The notes beneath the pieces are model-generated. The model saw nothing but the letters and a program-made list of their open reading frames with translations, did not search any database and was not told where the DNA came from. From IMG/VR virus record IMGVR_UViG_3300048574_000110, positions 1-29,644 of that record: a stretch of DNA of 29,644 bases; one strand, 5' to 3'. Origin of the DNA: a virus. Lineage: Duplodnaviria > Caudoviricetes. Positions 8,313-16,280 of the stretch are shown in pieces. Numbering within the stretch: position 1 is the first letter of the stretch; the number at the start of each line of letters is the position of its first letter. The position numbers and the translations under genes were made by a program.

Positions 8313-8869
8313 GCGGCCTCCAAGTCTCCGATAGGTATCTCCGTCAGTGTAGCGTGTCCGAACAGGCTGACAAAGATCTTTGCCTTACGACCCTGAATGC
8401 CTTTGATCTCGACGATCTGTCCTGCGAAAGGCCCGATGCTGATCTCTGCCATCTCACCAACGCGAAGCGCTCTATGCGGGTTCACCGACCGTCGGTGCGG
8501 GATAAGCCCTCCTGACATCTCTCGTAGCTTCGCCATTTCAGATTCAGAGATCGGTGCAGGCCTGCGCCTACCGAACTCATCTGGAAAACCAACAGCAGCG
8601 GTGATGTAGTTCTCGGCCATTAGCTCGAGCCATGAGAACCGGCCACCTACGAAGATATAGCCCGTAAACATGGGGTAGAGAACAGGGATCGAGACGCGGC
8701 GGCCCTTCTTGATCGTCTTGCGGAACTTCGTTTCCGTTGGGCAAAAGACCTGGTCATAGCCCTTTCTCTCGAGCACGCCTGGCCGCCATTCCCCATGCTC
8801 GTCGTAACGACCAGCGAGCACGAATTCTCGCTGCGGATTGGTGCGGATCGCGAACCATTCTTGGCTCAA
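8309..8869 (-). CDS. NusG-paralog antitermination factor (NGN + KOW), in the lambda Q position
   Basis: WFAIRTNPQREF, PMFTGYIFV, KOW VGEMAEISIGPFAG, VSLFG. Confidence 0.9.
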   Translation of the reverse strand: MSQEWFAIRTNPQREFVLAGRYDEHGEWRPGVLERKGYDQVFCPTETKFRKTIKKGRRVSIPVLYPMFTGYIFVGGRFSWLELMAENYITAAVGFPDEFGRRRPAPISESEMAKLREMSGGLIPHRRSVNPHRALRVGEMAEISIGPFAGQIVEIKGIQGRKAKIFVSLFGHATLTEIPIGDLEAA

Positions 8870-9006
8870 GGCGTCTTCCTCTTCACGGTTACACGCTTCG
8901 ATTTCTTCTGCTTGATGCGCTTTGAAGCATCGAGCCCGTATCCGGAGATTTTCTCAACCTTGCCGTTCTTGTTGATGCGGTAACCGCGGAGCGATTTGCC
9001 CGTCAT
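8866..9006 (-). CDS. Small basic protein
   Basis: MTGKSLRGYRINKNGKVEK..KQKKSKRVTVKRKTP; coupled to neighbours on both sides. Confidence 0.55.
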   Translation of the reverse strand: MTGKSLRGYRINKNGKVEKISGYGLDASKRIKQKKSKRVTVKRKTP

Positions 9007-9257
9007 TCCGCAGCCTCGGCAAATGCAGTGGTGAGCCCGACTTCGCTGCGGAACATTTCCAGTTGCGCCTCGTCGTCGTAAAGCTTCGCGCGCTTGTCGG
9101 ACTCCATGCACATCTCACGCGCAACCTTGCGGAGCGCCTTCGGGTTTATGCCTGCGTCCTTTGCAGAGTTGACGAGGTCTTTGACGTTCTCTTGGATTTT
9201 GCCGATCTCACGGAGGCTGTCGGCAAGCTCGCGGGCGTACGTTTGAATCTGGCTCAT
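9003..9257 (-). CDS. GapR-like (DUF2312) DNA-binding protein
   Basis: IQENVKDLVNSAKDAGINPKALRKVAR..EAQLEMFRSEVGL matches the GapR/DUF2312 pattern. Confidence 0.75.
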   Translation of the reverse strand: MSQIQTYARELADSLREIGKIQENVKDLVNSAKDAGINPKALRKVAREMCMESDKRAKLYDDEAQLEMFRSEVGLTTAFAEAAE

Positions 9258-9406
9258 GCTGCAACCCTGGTTTTCTTGAAGCTCAGATGCGAAGCAATCC
9301 TGTTGGCGACTTCAGACTCTTTGAGGTTGAGGGTCTTTGCGATATCGTAGGTGTCGAGCCCCATTCTCCAGAGCGTCACCATGCGGTGGTATTGCTGGTA
9401 GGTCAT
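9254..9406 (-). CDS. 50-aa HTH protein (not in ORF track)
   Basis: MTYQQYHRMVTLWRMGLDTYDIAKTLNLKESEVANRIASHL; ATGA-coupled. Confidence 0.65.
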   Translation of the reverse strand: MTYQQYHRMVTLWRMGLDTYDIAKTLNLKESEVANRIASHLSFKKTRVAA

Positions 9407-9855
9407 CACGCTGCCTCATCCTCGCTGCGCCGACGGTTGTTTTCCAAAAGCTTCGACAGCCACCCAGACATGTCCCCGCCGGGCAGATTCGCCTTCTGCC
9501 ATTCAGCCGCTTTCCGATACCGCTCGGCTTGCTGCTTGGCGTACGCGACCCATTCTCTGGGCGGCATCAGTTCGTCGATGTTGTCGTAAGGCTTGCCGTG
9601 GCATATACGGTTCTTCACCGTCAGGATCAGGTGGCTGCGAAGTTCCTTGCCCCATCCTTCCGAAATCGCCTCTCGCACCCACGGATGCGGCAGGAAGCGA
9701 TCGGAGAACTCCCAGCCCACCGGCTCTAGCTTTCCCGTCCGCTCGTTCCTTCGCATGGCGTTGACGAAGCATCGCGCGCGGTACTCGGCAATGTTCATGA
9801 ACTCAAGGGCTTCGTCGGCTGTGCGGCAATCGAAGAGCGATCTAGTTGATGACAT
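9406..9855 (-). CDS. Hypothetical protein following the replication initiator
   Basis: ORF overlaps the 3' end of rep; occupies the loader position, but no ATPase motif seen. Confidence 0.6.
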   Translation of the reverse strand: MSSTRSLFDCRTADEALEFMNIAEYRARCFVNAMRRNERTGKLEPVGWEFSDRFLPHPWVREAISEGWGKELRSHLILTVKNRICHGKPYDNIDELMPPREWVAYAKQQAERYRKAAEWQKANLPGGDMSGWLSKLLENNRRRSEDEAA

Positions 9856-10807
9856 TGGCGAGCCCCTGTTCAACCATCTCGTTCGCGATTTGCTCCTTCC
9901 AGCTTTCGTCGTTGAGATGCAGCAAGCGCGGCGATGCTGTTTGCGCTCGGCCGGTGGCTGATTTGGCGCCGGCCGGAACCGTAGCCGTCGCAATGCGCTT
10001 GGATGCCGCTAGGCGCTTCACACGCGCGTCCGCAACGGCGTTGGTGAAATAATCCCAGCTCCACACTCGGCGCCCCTTGTGCGTCGCCGCCTTGGCGCGC
10101 AGCGCCGGCAGGATGTCGAGTTCAAGATCGCAACCCGAGTTGATCCACGTTTGCGGGATCATCGTGTTGATCAGGCCTTGGCAGTTTGCAGGGTTGTCGA
10201 GGCAGGCGCTGGCGGCGTCGCAAAGCCGATCGTAAAAAACTTTCAAATCCTCGCAGCGTGGCGTGGCGTCATCGCGCGCGGGTTCTGGTAGGGAAGAAGC
10301 TACTTGGGTATTGGTAGTATTGGTATACTTGGTAAGAGTCTGGCCCTTCTCTGGCCCAGCACTGGCCCAGCACTGGCCCGTTGACTGGTTCTCCTTGTTT
10401 TGGACGTCCTGATACTTTCCGTAATTGCAAATGGTTGCGATGTTTGCGAAGTGGCCGTTGCTCTGGCCCATTTCGATCATGTTATCGGACTCCAACAACG
10501 CGAGGAATGTCCGAACCTTTTTCTCAGACCACAGCCATTTTTTTGCGAGGAACGCTCGGCCGACGAGAACCTGCCCTCGCTGAAGCTCGATAATCTTTCC
10601 CTTGTGATTTATCTTTTTCGTCTTCCACGCGGCGTTGGCAATCAGCCACATCCATGCGGTAACACGTGAGTATGGCTCGCCATCAAAGAGGGCGTGATCG
10701 TCAAAGATATTCACATAGACTCGGAACCAGCGCGCCTTCTTTTCGCCGTCCAAATCACCGACGTTATCTTCGGTGACAGCGTTCGGTGTTGCGTCTGTTG
10801 ATGTCAT
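9842..10807 (-). CDS. Phage replication initiator (lambda O-like wHTH N-terminus)
   Basis: AWMWLIANAAWK..LQRGQ..LAKKWLWSEKKVRTFL..TICNYGKYQ; internal iterons. Confidence 0.85.
   Translation of the reverse strand: MTSTDATPNAVTEDNVGDLDGEKKARWFRVYVNIFDDHALFDGEPYSRVTAWMWLIANAAWKTKKINHKGKIIELQRGQVLVGRAFLAKKWLWSEKKVRTFLALLESDNMIEMGQSNGHFANIATICNYGKYQDVQNKENQSTGQCWASAGPEKGQTLTKYTNTTNTQVASSLPEPARDDATPRCEDLKVFYDRLCDAASACLDNPANCQGLINTMIPQTWINSGCDLELDILPALRAKAATHKGRRVWSWDYFTNAVADARVKRLAASKRIATATVPAGAKSATGRAQTASPRLLHLNDESWKEQIANEMVEQGLANVIN
10305..10388. repeat. Replication origin iterons
   Basis: CTGGCCC at 10340, 10351, 10362 and 10373 (11-bp phasing; another at 10463) beside TTGGTA repeats, inside the rep gene. 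Confidence 0.75.
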
Positions 10808-10809
10808 CG

Positions 10810-11045
10810 GTTTTGTACCCCCAAAACTTTAGCGTCACGGCTCGCTCCAAACCCCCGGAGCGAGCCGTAGTCTTTTGTGCTTCATGCACCCCGAAAAATG
10901 CTGGCGACCGAAATTGGGGATGGTCGCCAGCAAGGTTTGGAGGGGGCACGCACACATCGCGGTGCACGGGTTGGAGGCGGTCGATACGCAACCGTCATGC
11001 GTTGGTGTGGACGCATGAGACCCGTGCACCCGGAGATATGCGGGC
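10810..11045. ncRNA. Highly structured intergenic region between the cro-linked ORF and rep
   Basis: Hairpins 10837-10868 (12 bp) and 10899-10932 (11 bp); three-way junction closed by 10961-10971/11020-11030. Confidence 0.5.
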
Positions 11046-11071
11046 GGTACACAAACGCGACTGACTGGGAC

Positions 11072-11188
11072 TCAGAACAGCGACAGGCAGAGCCTGCGAA
11101 CGCGGCTCCAGAATGAATTCGTGTCATCGCCATCCGCTTCGAATGATCTGCGGAGGTAGGTTTCGATGATGTCTGGATCTTGGGTCAT
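11072..11188 (-). CDS. 38-aa hypothetical peptide
   Basis: MTQDPDIIETYLRRSFEADGDDTNSFWSRVRRLCLSLF; ATGA overlap with cro. Confidence 0.45.
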   Translation of the reverse strand: MTQDPDIIETYLRRSFEADGDDTNSFWSRVRRLCLSLF

Positions 11189-11406
11189 GCGACCCTCGCT
11201 ACTTGCTTGGACGCGGGCTTCTGATTTTCGGAAATGAACCCTCGAATGCGGTCCGCGGTCGTAAGCGTGACCTCACGACCCGCCCGCAGGCGCCGCACAA
11301 GATGCCGATCGTTCATCAGCTTTTCGCCGAAGACCGACGGAGACATGCCGGAGGCGTCGAGAAACGCCTCGACCTCCCTCAAAAGGACTTCGCGTGATGT
11401 GCTCAT
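11185..11406 (-). CDS. cro: Cro-like repressor
   Basis: LLREVEAFLDASGMSPSVFGEKLMNDRHLVRRLRAGR..TADRIRGFI; divergent from cI. Confidence 0.85.
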   Translation of the reverse strand: MSTSREVLLREVEAFLDASGMSPSVFGEKLMNDRHLVRRLRAGREVTLTTADRIRGFISENQKPASKQVARVA

Positions 11407-11414
11407 GAGTTTGA

Positions 11415-11471
11415 GGAATAATGTGCTATAGCACACTTGTCAAGGTGATACAGCACATGTGATATTCGACA
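11415..11471. promoter_or_regulatory. OR operators and PR promoter
   Basis: Palindrome TGTGCTATAGCACA 11422-11435, variants at 11444-11457 and 11458-11471; TTGACA on the minus strand at 11443-11438. Confidence 0.8.
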
Positions 11472-11482
11472 CGAATAAATGT

Positions 11483-12085
11483 ATGACCAGTCCCATGCAG
11501 GACTGGCGAAAAACGATTGTTCATTTGATGCGTGAGCGGGGGCTCAACATGAAACAGCTCTCGCGTCTTGCCGGCCGCGGCGAGACGTTCGTGAGAGATG
11601 TGCTCGATTATGAGAAAGACCCTCGTCTAAGCAACGTCATGGCACTTGCTGACGCCCTAGGTGTTTCCGTCGGACAATTGATCGTCGGCGATCAACCCGA
11701 CTTCCAATCTATCCCTATTATTGGACGAGTAGCCGCCGGCGAGGGCTGGAACGCTGTCAATGACAGGCTTGGCGAAATAGAGCTTCGCGTTGAGGGCGGA
11801 GAACCAGTCGCGCTGGAGGTTTCCGGCGATAGCATGAAGCCGGTTTATCGCAACGGTGACCTGCTAATCGGTGCTAAGCGCGCCGGCACGACTGCAGATA
11901 ATCTCATCGGCTTGGATTGCATCGTCCTCACCGAAGATGGAGACAAGTATGTGAAGTTTCTCGCAAGGGGATCGGTCCGGGGTAAATTTCACCTTCGGTC
12001 CTACAATCCCGCGCAGAAAGATGTGGAAAACGTCAAGTTGGCGTGGGCGGCTCCGATCATCTGGGTCCGCCGAACGCAGCGTTAG
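11483..12085 (+). CDS. cI: CI-like repressor (XRE HTH + S24 peptidase)
   Basis: HTH MKQLSRLAGRGETFVRD; cleavage site VAAG; catalytic SGDSMKP and YVKFL; start uncertain (11459/11483/11495). Confidence 0.93.
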   Translation: MTSPMQDWRKTIVHLMRERGLNMKQLSRLAGRGETFVRDVLDYEKDPRLSNVMALADALGVSVGQLIVGDQPDFQSIPIIGRVAAGEGWNAVNDRLGEIELRVEGGEPVALEVSGDSMKPVYRNGDLLIGAKRAGTTADNLIGLDCIVLTEDGDKYVKFLARGSVRGKFHLRSYNPAQKDVENVKLAWAAPIIWVRRTQR

Positions 12086-12088
12086 CGC

Positions 12089-13114
12089 TTAACGAAGGCG
12101 AAATCCGGCATCGATCATGCGGCCGGCCGCCTTGGATGATGGCGAGTCCGTTGTTTCTGTCGGAAGTCGCTTTGATCCTATCGTCACCAAAATCGCGCCT
12201 CCCCCGACACGTTGGAGTGCCAGAAACTCCCTAGAATCGAGTTCGGCCGACGTCTTGCACATCGTGCTCACGTTGATCAGCCCGCTCGGCTCGACTTTGC
12301 GAGCAGTAGCAAATGATCCATTTCCACAGTTTTGAGATGATGCTGACAGACTGAACTCCGCGACATCTGACGGAGTGTTGTCCGGAAAAATCGATATTCC
12401 GCCGAAGACGTTCGGAGAACCGAAAACGGCATGGAATGCCGTACCAGTCGTCTCATCCGGAGCCAACACGACCGCATCGTTCATGCCTGCGTTTGTTAGC
12501 AGTGTCCTCAGCGTGGTCATGCCTTCTTGGACAAGTTCTGGTCGCTGCAGCACGATGCTTGGTTGCCTATTAGCCGGCGCCGCAACGCCGCCCGCGAAAG
12601 GATTTGTGCTCTGCCCTGCGTACTTGTTTTGAGGCAACGTCGTGCACGTCAGGGCGGCGTTCAATGCTGCCGAGGAGTCGGTGAGCTTGTACGAGAACTC
12701 ATGCCCCATAGCATTGATCACAAGCACGCGCCCTTTGCGAAAGCGCTGGAATACGGCGGCATAGGGCGGGAGATCGAAGATTGCCAGCTTCGGTGAGACC
12801 ATTCGAACCGTGTTATACGACGGCGTATCGCCATCCACCCGATAGGCTACCGGATACGTTGCCCCGACCGGAAGCGCCCACGATTGGTTTGACAAACCGA
12901 TCCGCCAAGACTTCTGATCGCCGTCAATTGCGAAGGCGAGCACGGTGCCATCAACATAAACTGATGACGCTACGCAGTGGGAAAATGTACCATTATCATT
13001 GGTGTATGCGCCCACATCCCATCCGCCGATTTTGGTGGTCGATATCTCTCTCGCCGATGCTTGGCTTGATAGAAGAACCGCAATTGCTGCGCCTATGCGT
13101 ATCGCTCTGCTCAC
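12089..13114 (-). CDS. Secreted or periplasmic protein in the immunity region
   Basis: Signal peptide MSRAIRIGAAIAVLLSSQASA; IGGWDVGAY..FSHC; several Cys pairs. Confidence 0.75.
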   Translation of the reverse strand: MSRAIRIGAAIAVLLSSQASAREISTTKIGGWDVGAYTNDNGTFSHCVASSVYVDGTVLAFAIDGDQKSWRIGLSNQSWALPVGATYPVAYRVDGDTPSYNTVRMVSPKLAIFDLPPYAAVFQRFRKGRVLVINAMGHEFSYKLTDSSAALNAALTCTTLPQNKYAGQSTNPFAGGVAAPANRQPSIVLQRPELVQEGMTTLRTLLTNAGMNDAVVLAPDETTGTAFHAVFGSPNVFGGISIFPDNTPSDVAEFSLSASSQNCGNGSFATARKVEPSGLINVSTMCKTSAELDSREFLALQRVGGGAILVTIGSKRLPTETTDSPSSKAAGRMIDAGFRLR

Positions 13115-13191
13115 GACGACCTCCCCAATCCGCCCGCAATTAGTCTCCCATCGATCAAATTACTACCGCTCCAAGCGATTCACGATAGTGA

Positions 13192-13242
13192 TGTGCTAAA
13201 GCACACTTTGCGCTTGACCGATGTGATAAATCACATTACGAG
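13192..13242 (+). promoter_or_regulatory. OL operators and PL promoter
   Basis: TGTGCTAAAGCACA 13192-13205 and ATGTGATAAATCACAT 13221-13236 match the OR consensus; TTGACC 13214-13219. Confidence 0.8.
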
Positions 13243-13286
13243 TGAGTTCATCAACGACGCGGACGCTCCCGTCTCACCTCGCTGAT

Positions 13287-13339
13287 AGCCGCCGTCCAGA
13301 GTGTTTGTGGACGACATCCCGCGCTACCGGGCGGCGGCT
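13287..13339 (+). ncRNA. Three-way-junction leader RNA element
   Basis: AGCCGC/GCGGCT outer stem, CGTCCA/TGGACG hairpin, ACAT linker, CCCG/CGGG hairpin. Confidence 0.5.
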
Positions 13340-13366
13340 TCGCAGAATTCTTTCAAGGGGACATTC

Positions 13367-13693
13367 ATGACAGCTACAGCTGAAAAACTTGCCGACGCCG
13401 AGCCTGTCGCTCTCGGCCGTCCTGTTCTTGTCACCACTGAGTACCGCGGCGTTTTCTTTGGCTATGCCGATGAAACCTCCGGCGATGTCATCACGCTGAA
13501 GAACGCACGCAACTGCATCTACTGGCCGTCCGGCAATGGTGGTTTTGGTGGCCTTGCTTCGGAAGGCCCCGCGAGCGGCGCGCGCATCGGATCGCGCGTT
13601 TCGCAGATCGAACTTCGCAAGATCACGGCTGTTGCAGAAGTGACGGCGGATGCTGTCGCGAAGTGGGAGGCCGCGAATGTCTATCGCGGTTGA
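13367..13693 (+). CDS. DUF6948-like protein (possible Sm/SH3-like fold)
   Basis: GRPVLVTTEYRGVFFGY..VITLKNARNCIYW..GLASEGP; AAGGGG RBS; followed by a GY-repeat ORF as I recall for this family. Confidence 0.75.
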   Translation: MTATAEKLADAEPVALGRPVLVTTEYRGVFFGYADETSGDVITLKNARNCIYWPSGNGGFGGLASEGPASGARIGSRVSQIELRKITAVAEVTADAVAKWEAANVYRG

Positions 13694-13898
13694 TAGCGAC
13701 GGCTACGGCTCCGGCTACGGCGACGGCTACGGCTCCGGCGACGGCTACGGCTACGGCTACGGCGACGGCTACGGCTCCGGCTCCGGCTACGGCTACGGCT
13801 ACGGCGACGGCTACGGCTACGGCTACGGCTACGGCGACGGCTACGGCTACGGCTACGGCTACGGCGACGGCGACGGCGACGGCGACGGCTCTACCTAA
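13677..13898 (+). CDS. Gly-Tyr/Asp/Ser dipeptide repeat protein
   Basis: MSIAVDSD(G-X)32T; GGAGG RBS upstream of ATG 13677. Confidence 0.7.
   Translation: MSIAVDSDGYGSGYGDGYGSGDGYGYGYGDGYGSGSGYGYGYGDGYGYGYGYGDGYGYGYGYGDGDGDGDGST
13701..13892 (+). repeat. Hexamer tandem array (GGCTAC/GGCGAC/GGCTCC) x32
   Basis: Read directly from the sequence. Confidence 0.95.
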
Positions 13899-14019
13899 TC
13901 GCAAACCATTCCAATCTCGTGCCGTGCGTATCCAAGCGGGGGCGGTACGAGCATCGAAGCCGGGTGAGCCAGTGGATGAGAGGGACGCTGTCTCGCCCGG
14001 CACTTAGGGGGATTACAAA

Positions 14020-14433
14020 ATGCGCGACACTGGAATTATCGACTTCGACTTTGAGGAAGTGGGCGTTCAGATCGCCGGCGCCGAAGTCGGGATGTTCTCA
14101 GGCACAGCGTCCATCAATCAGGACGGTGCCGTCGTCGGGCTCTATCTCGACGCTTACGTCACAGACCGGGCCGCTCCGCTCGGCATGCCGAAGAAGATCA
14201 CGCGTTACCTCAAGGTTCCGCTTCGCCACCACATCCCGCTTGCGTTCGAAAGCTATCTTGCCCGTGAGCTTGCCACGGCAATTGAAACCGGGTGCGAGCC
14301 TGAGATCACCGACAAGCTGAACGACTGGAGCGTTTCGATTGCCGAGCAATCGTTCGAGCATTCTCCGTCAATTGCCGATGGCTTTGAAGCAATCCGCGAA
14401 GACCTCCGTCTGATCTGTCAGGGGGCAGCGTGA
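14020..14433 (+). CDS. Hypothetical acidic protein
   Basis: GGGGG RBS, coupled ORF. Confidence 0.7.
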   Translation: MRDTGIIDFDFEEVGVQIAGAEVGMFSGTASINQDGAVVGLYLDAYVTDRAAPLGMPKKITRYLKVPLRHHIPLAFESYLARELATAIETGCEPEITDKLNDWSVSIAEQSFEHSPSIADGFEAIREDLRLICQGAA

Positions 14434-14687
14434 TGGCAACCTCTGACAGCATCGAGACGGGTGGTCCAGCGTTCCCGCTGCCGTTCCCACACAAGCAAGT
14501 TCACTACGTGCCAATGCGTGATGGCATGACGCTTCGCGACTACTTCGCTGCGCAAGCGCTGGCAGCAATGAAGCCCCGCTTCACTTCCACGAAGGACATT
14601 GATGACCTTCTCCCGACGAAGCTAGCGGACAAAGCATACGAGATCGCCGACGCGATGCTGAAAGCCCGTGAGGTGAAGCATGTCTGA
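14430..14687 (+). CDS. Conserved phage early hypothetical protein
   Basis: GGPAFP..GMTLRDYFAAQAL..AYEIADAMLKAR, a widespread phage family. Confidence 0.85.
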   Translation: MMATSDSIETGGPAFPLPFPHKQVHYVPMRDGMTLRDYFAAQALAAMKPRFTSTKDIDDLLPTKLADKAYEIADAMLKAREVKHV

Positions 14688-14937
14688 CAGCATCGAGAGT
14701 CCTTACTGCAAGCGCCCAGAGTGTCAGGCCAAAGGCTCATGTGCTCACTGTGATGAGCGCGGACATTCGTGGTGCTTCGGTGATGCGCGTTTGAAGGACA
14801 AGAAGTGGGTCTCTGACGCCTACGAAGAAGAATTGGTTCGTCGATATCAGGCTGGTCTTCATCTTTCTCGTGTCGACAAAAGGCTCGCTCGAAAAATTCG
14901 AGCCCGTGGAGAGGATCGCTCTCATGAAGGGAAGTGA
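14680..14937 (+). CDS. Cys-rich hypothetical protein
   Basis: CKRPEC..CAHC..HSWC possible Zn ligands; GAGGTG RBS. Confidence 0.6.
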   Translation: MSDSIESPYCKRPECQAKGSCAHCDERGHSWCFGDARLKDKKWVSDAYEEELVRRYQAGLHLSRVDKRLARKIRARGEDRSHEGK

Positions 14938-15187
14938 AACCCTTGTCGGTAAGCAGCGCAAATGGCTCGAACATATCGCGCTAGCTTCCAAACCTTCGGC
15001 CGGAATGTACCGAGGCGCGCGCCACGATTTCGTACCGTACCGAGTGGCGGCGCAATTGGAACGGCTCGAGCTGATCTACCTCGAAACGCCGCACAACCCA
15101 GCTCACAAAGACCGGTGGGTAATCACTAGCGAAGGCATCGAAACACTGAAAGCCGCTTCCCTCTCTAAAGAACGTGAGGGAGCGTAG
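14924..15187 (+). CDS. Hypothetical wHTH-like protein
   Basis: VAAQLERLELI..WVITSEGIETL wHTH-like tail. Confidence 0.55.
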   Translation: MKGSETLVGKQRKWLEHIALASKPSAGMYRGARHDFVPYRVAAQLERLELIYLETPHNPAHKDRWVITSEGIETLKAASLSKEREGA

Positions 15188-15304
15188 ATGCTCGAACACT
15201 TCCTCGAATTCGTCCGGCAGAACCCTGCCTTCTCGATCTTCGTTACGGTCGCTCACACCATGGCGTTCTGTTGGGCTGTCGCGATCTTCATCAACCGCCG
15301 CTGA
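15188..15304 (+). CDS. 38-aa TM peptide
   Basis: MLEHFLEFVRQNPAFSIFVTVAHTMAFCWAVAIFINRR; GGGAG RBS. Confidence 0.55.
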   Translation: MLEHFLEFVRQNPAFSIFVTVAHTMAFCWAVAIFINRR

Positions 15305-15323
15305 GTTCAATGTGGAGTCCGTC

Positions 15324-15410
15324 ATGCTTTCAAAGTTCGATCTCGGAATAACACTGCTCGTGCTCTGGGCCATCGGTGTCATGGGAATGGCCCTCTACTA
15401 CTCAGGATAA
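15324..15410 (+). CDS. 28-aa TM peptide
   Basis: MLSKFDLGITLLVLWAIGVMGMALYYSG; GGAG RBS. Confidence 0.5.
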   Translation: MLSKFDLGITLLVLWAIGVMGMALYYSG

Positions 15411-15411
15411 A

Positions 15412-15513
15412 ATGATCGACCGCCGCTTTCTTGAGGCCCTGGGCCTCGCAATCGTAGCAAGTGGATCTGGGTTGTTGGCGTTGGGTGTTCTGTACGTTTC
15501 AGGGGGATTTTGA
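15412..15513 (+). CDS. 33-aa TM peptide
   Basis: MIDRRFLEALGLAIVASGSGLLALGVLYVSGGF; AGGA RBS, TGATG coupling. Confidence 0.5.
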   Translation: MIDRRFLEALGLAIVASGSGLLALGVLYVSGGF

Positions 15514-15917
15514 TGCTGCAGACATTCGCAAAGTCATCGTTTCGAGAACTGCTCGAACGCGCATCCAAGACGCAGCCGACAAGCAATGTCCGCCCACTGC
15601 ATTCACTCGACAGCCTCGCACGCGCCGCACTCGATTCAACGCCAACCGTCGTTGATCTCGAATGCCAGTGTGACCGCCTGAAGAAGGCTTACGAAGATGC
15701 GAAGGCGGAAGCGGAAGCTTACCTCGAAACTCTCAAAACCGAGTTCGAAGCAGAGATTACCAAGGCTGAAGTTGCCTTGGCGAAGGCCAAGGATGAGCGG
15801 CTGCGGGCTCAGCATCGCACGCTTCGCCAAATGGTCGATCTTGGCGTGTTCGAGGGCGTGAGAAGCCTCGACGAACTCGTTCGCAACAAAGACCTGAAAG
15901 AGGCCGCCAATGGATAA
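15513..15917 (+). CDS. Coiled-coil hypothetical protein
   Basis: Glu/Ala/Lys heptads. Confidence 0.65.
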   Translation: MLQTFAKSSFRELLERASKTQPTSNVRPLHSLDSLARAALDSTPTVVDLECQCDRLKKAYEDAKAEAEAYLETLKTEFEAEITKAEVALAKAKDERLRAQHRTLRQMVDLGVFEGVRSLDELVRNKDLKEAANG

Positions 15918-16101
15918 CACAGACGCCGCCCTGGCTACCGCAATCCGTGATGCGGCGAACGCGTTGTGTCTGGCCATGAATGCGGCCGGACGTGCAGGAC
16001 TTAAGATCTCGTTCGATGTTCGACCGCACTACAGTTCAAAAACCGGTCGCACGGATGACTACAAATACACTCTCGACCTTTGCCGCAAAACCTATCTGTG
16101 A
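15910..16101 (+). CDS. Hypothetical protein (direct-repeat-flanked cassette)
   Basis: GAGG RBS; bracketed by GAGGCCGCCAATGG. Confidence 0.6.
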   Translation: MDNTDAALATAIRDAANALCLAMNAAGRAGLKISFDVRPHYSSKTGRTDDYKYTLDLCRKTYL

Positions 16102-16109
16102 GGCCGCCA

Positions 16110-16280
16110 ATGGCACTGACTGACTACGCCAAGAACATGCAATCCAACTTCGAACTCCGGCGCGAGATCGAGCGAATGTTCACTGAGTTGAAACGCCGAA
16201 GCTCCGCTGAAGCAACCGTCGTCGTTCAGCGTCTCTCGAACATCAATCGTCAAACATCGGCAGGGAGGAATGTAGGATGA
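16110..16280 (+). CDS. Hypothetical protein
   Basis: MALTDYAKNMQSNFELRREIE; ATGA-coupled to ERF. Confidence 0.55.
   Translation: MALTDYAKNMQSNFELRREIERMFTELKRRSSAEATVVVQRLSNINRQTSAGRNVG

Noticed and set aside
13701-13892. CRISPR array or DGR template
   Set aside because: Simple 6-bp coding tandem repeat with no spacers; no cas or reverse transcriptase gene in the window
13623-14007. Poly(AT) and poly(AV) ORFs over the hexamer array, and an Arg-rich read-through of DUF6948
   Set aside because: These are shadow frames of the repeat. The GY frame has the RBS and ATG, and DUF6948 ends in tandem TGA TAG stops.
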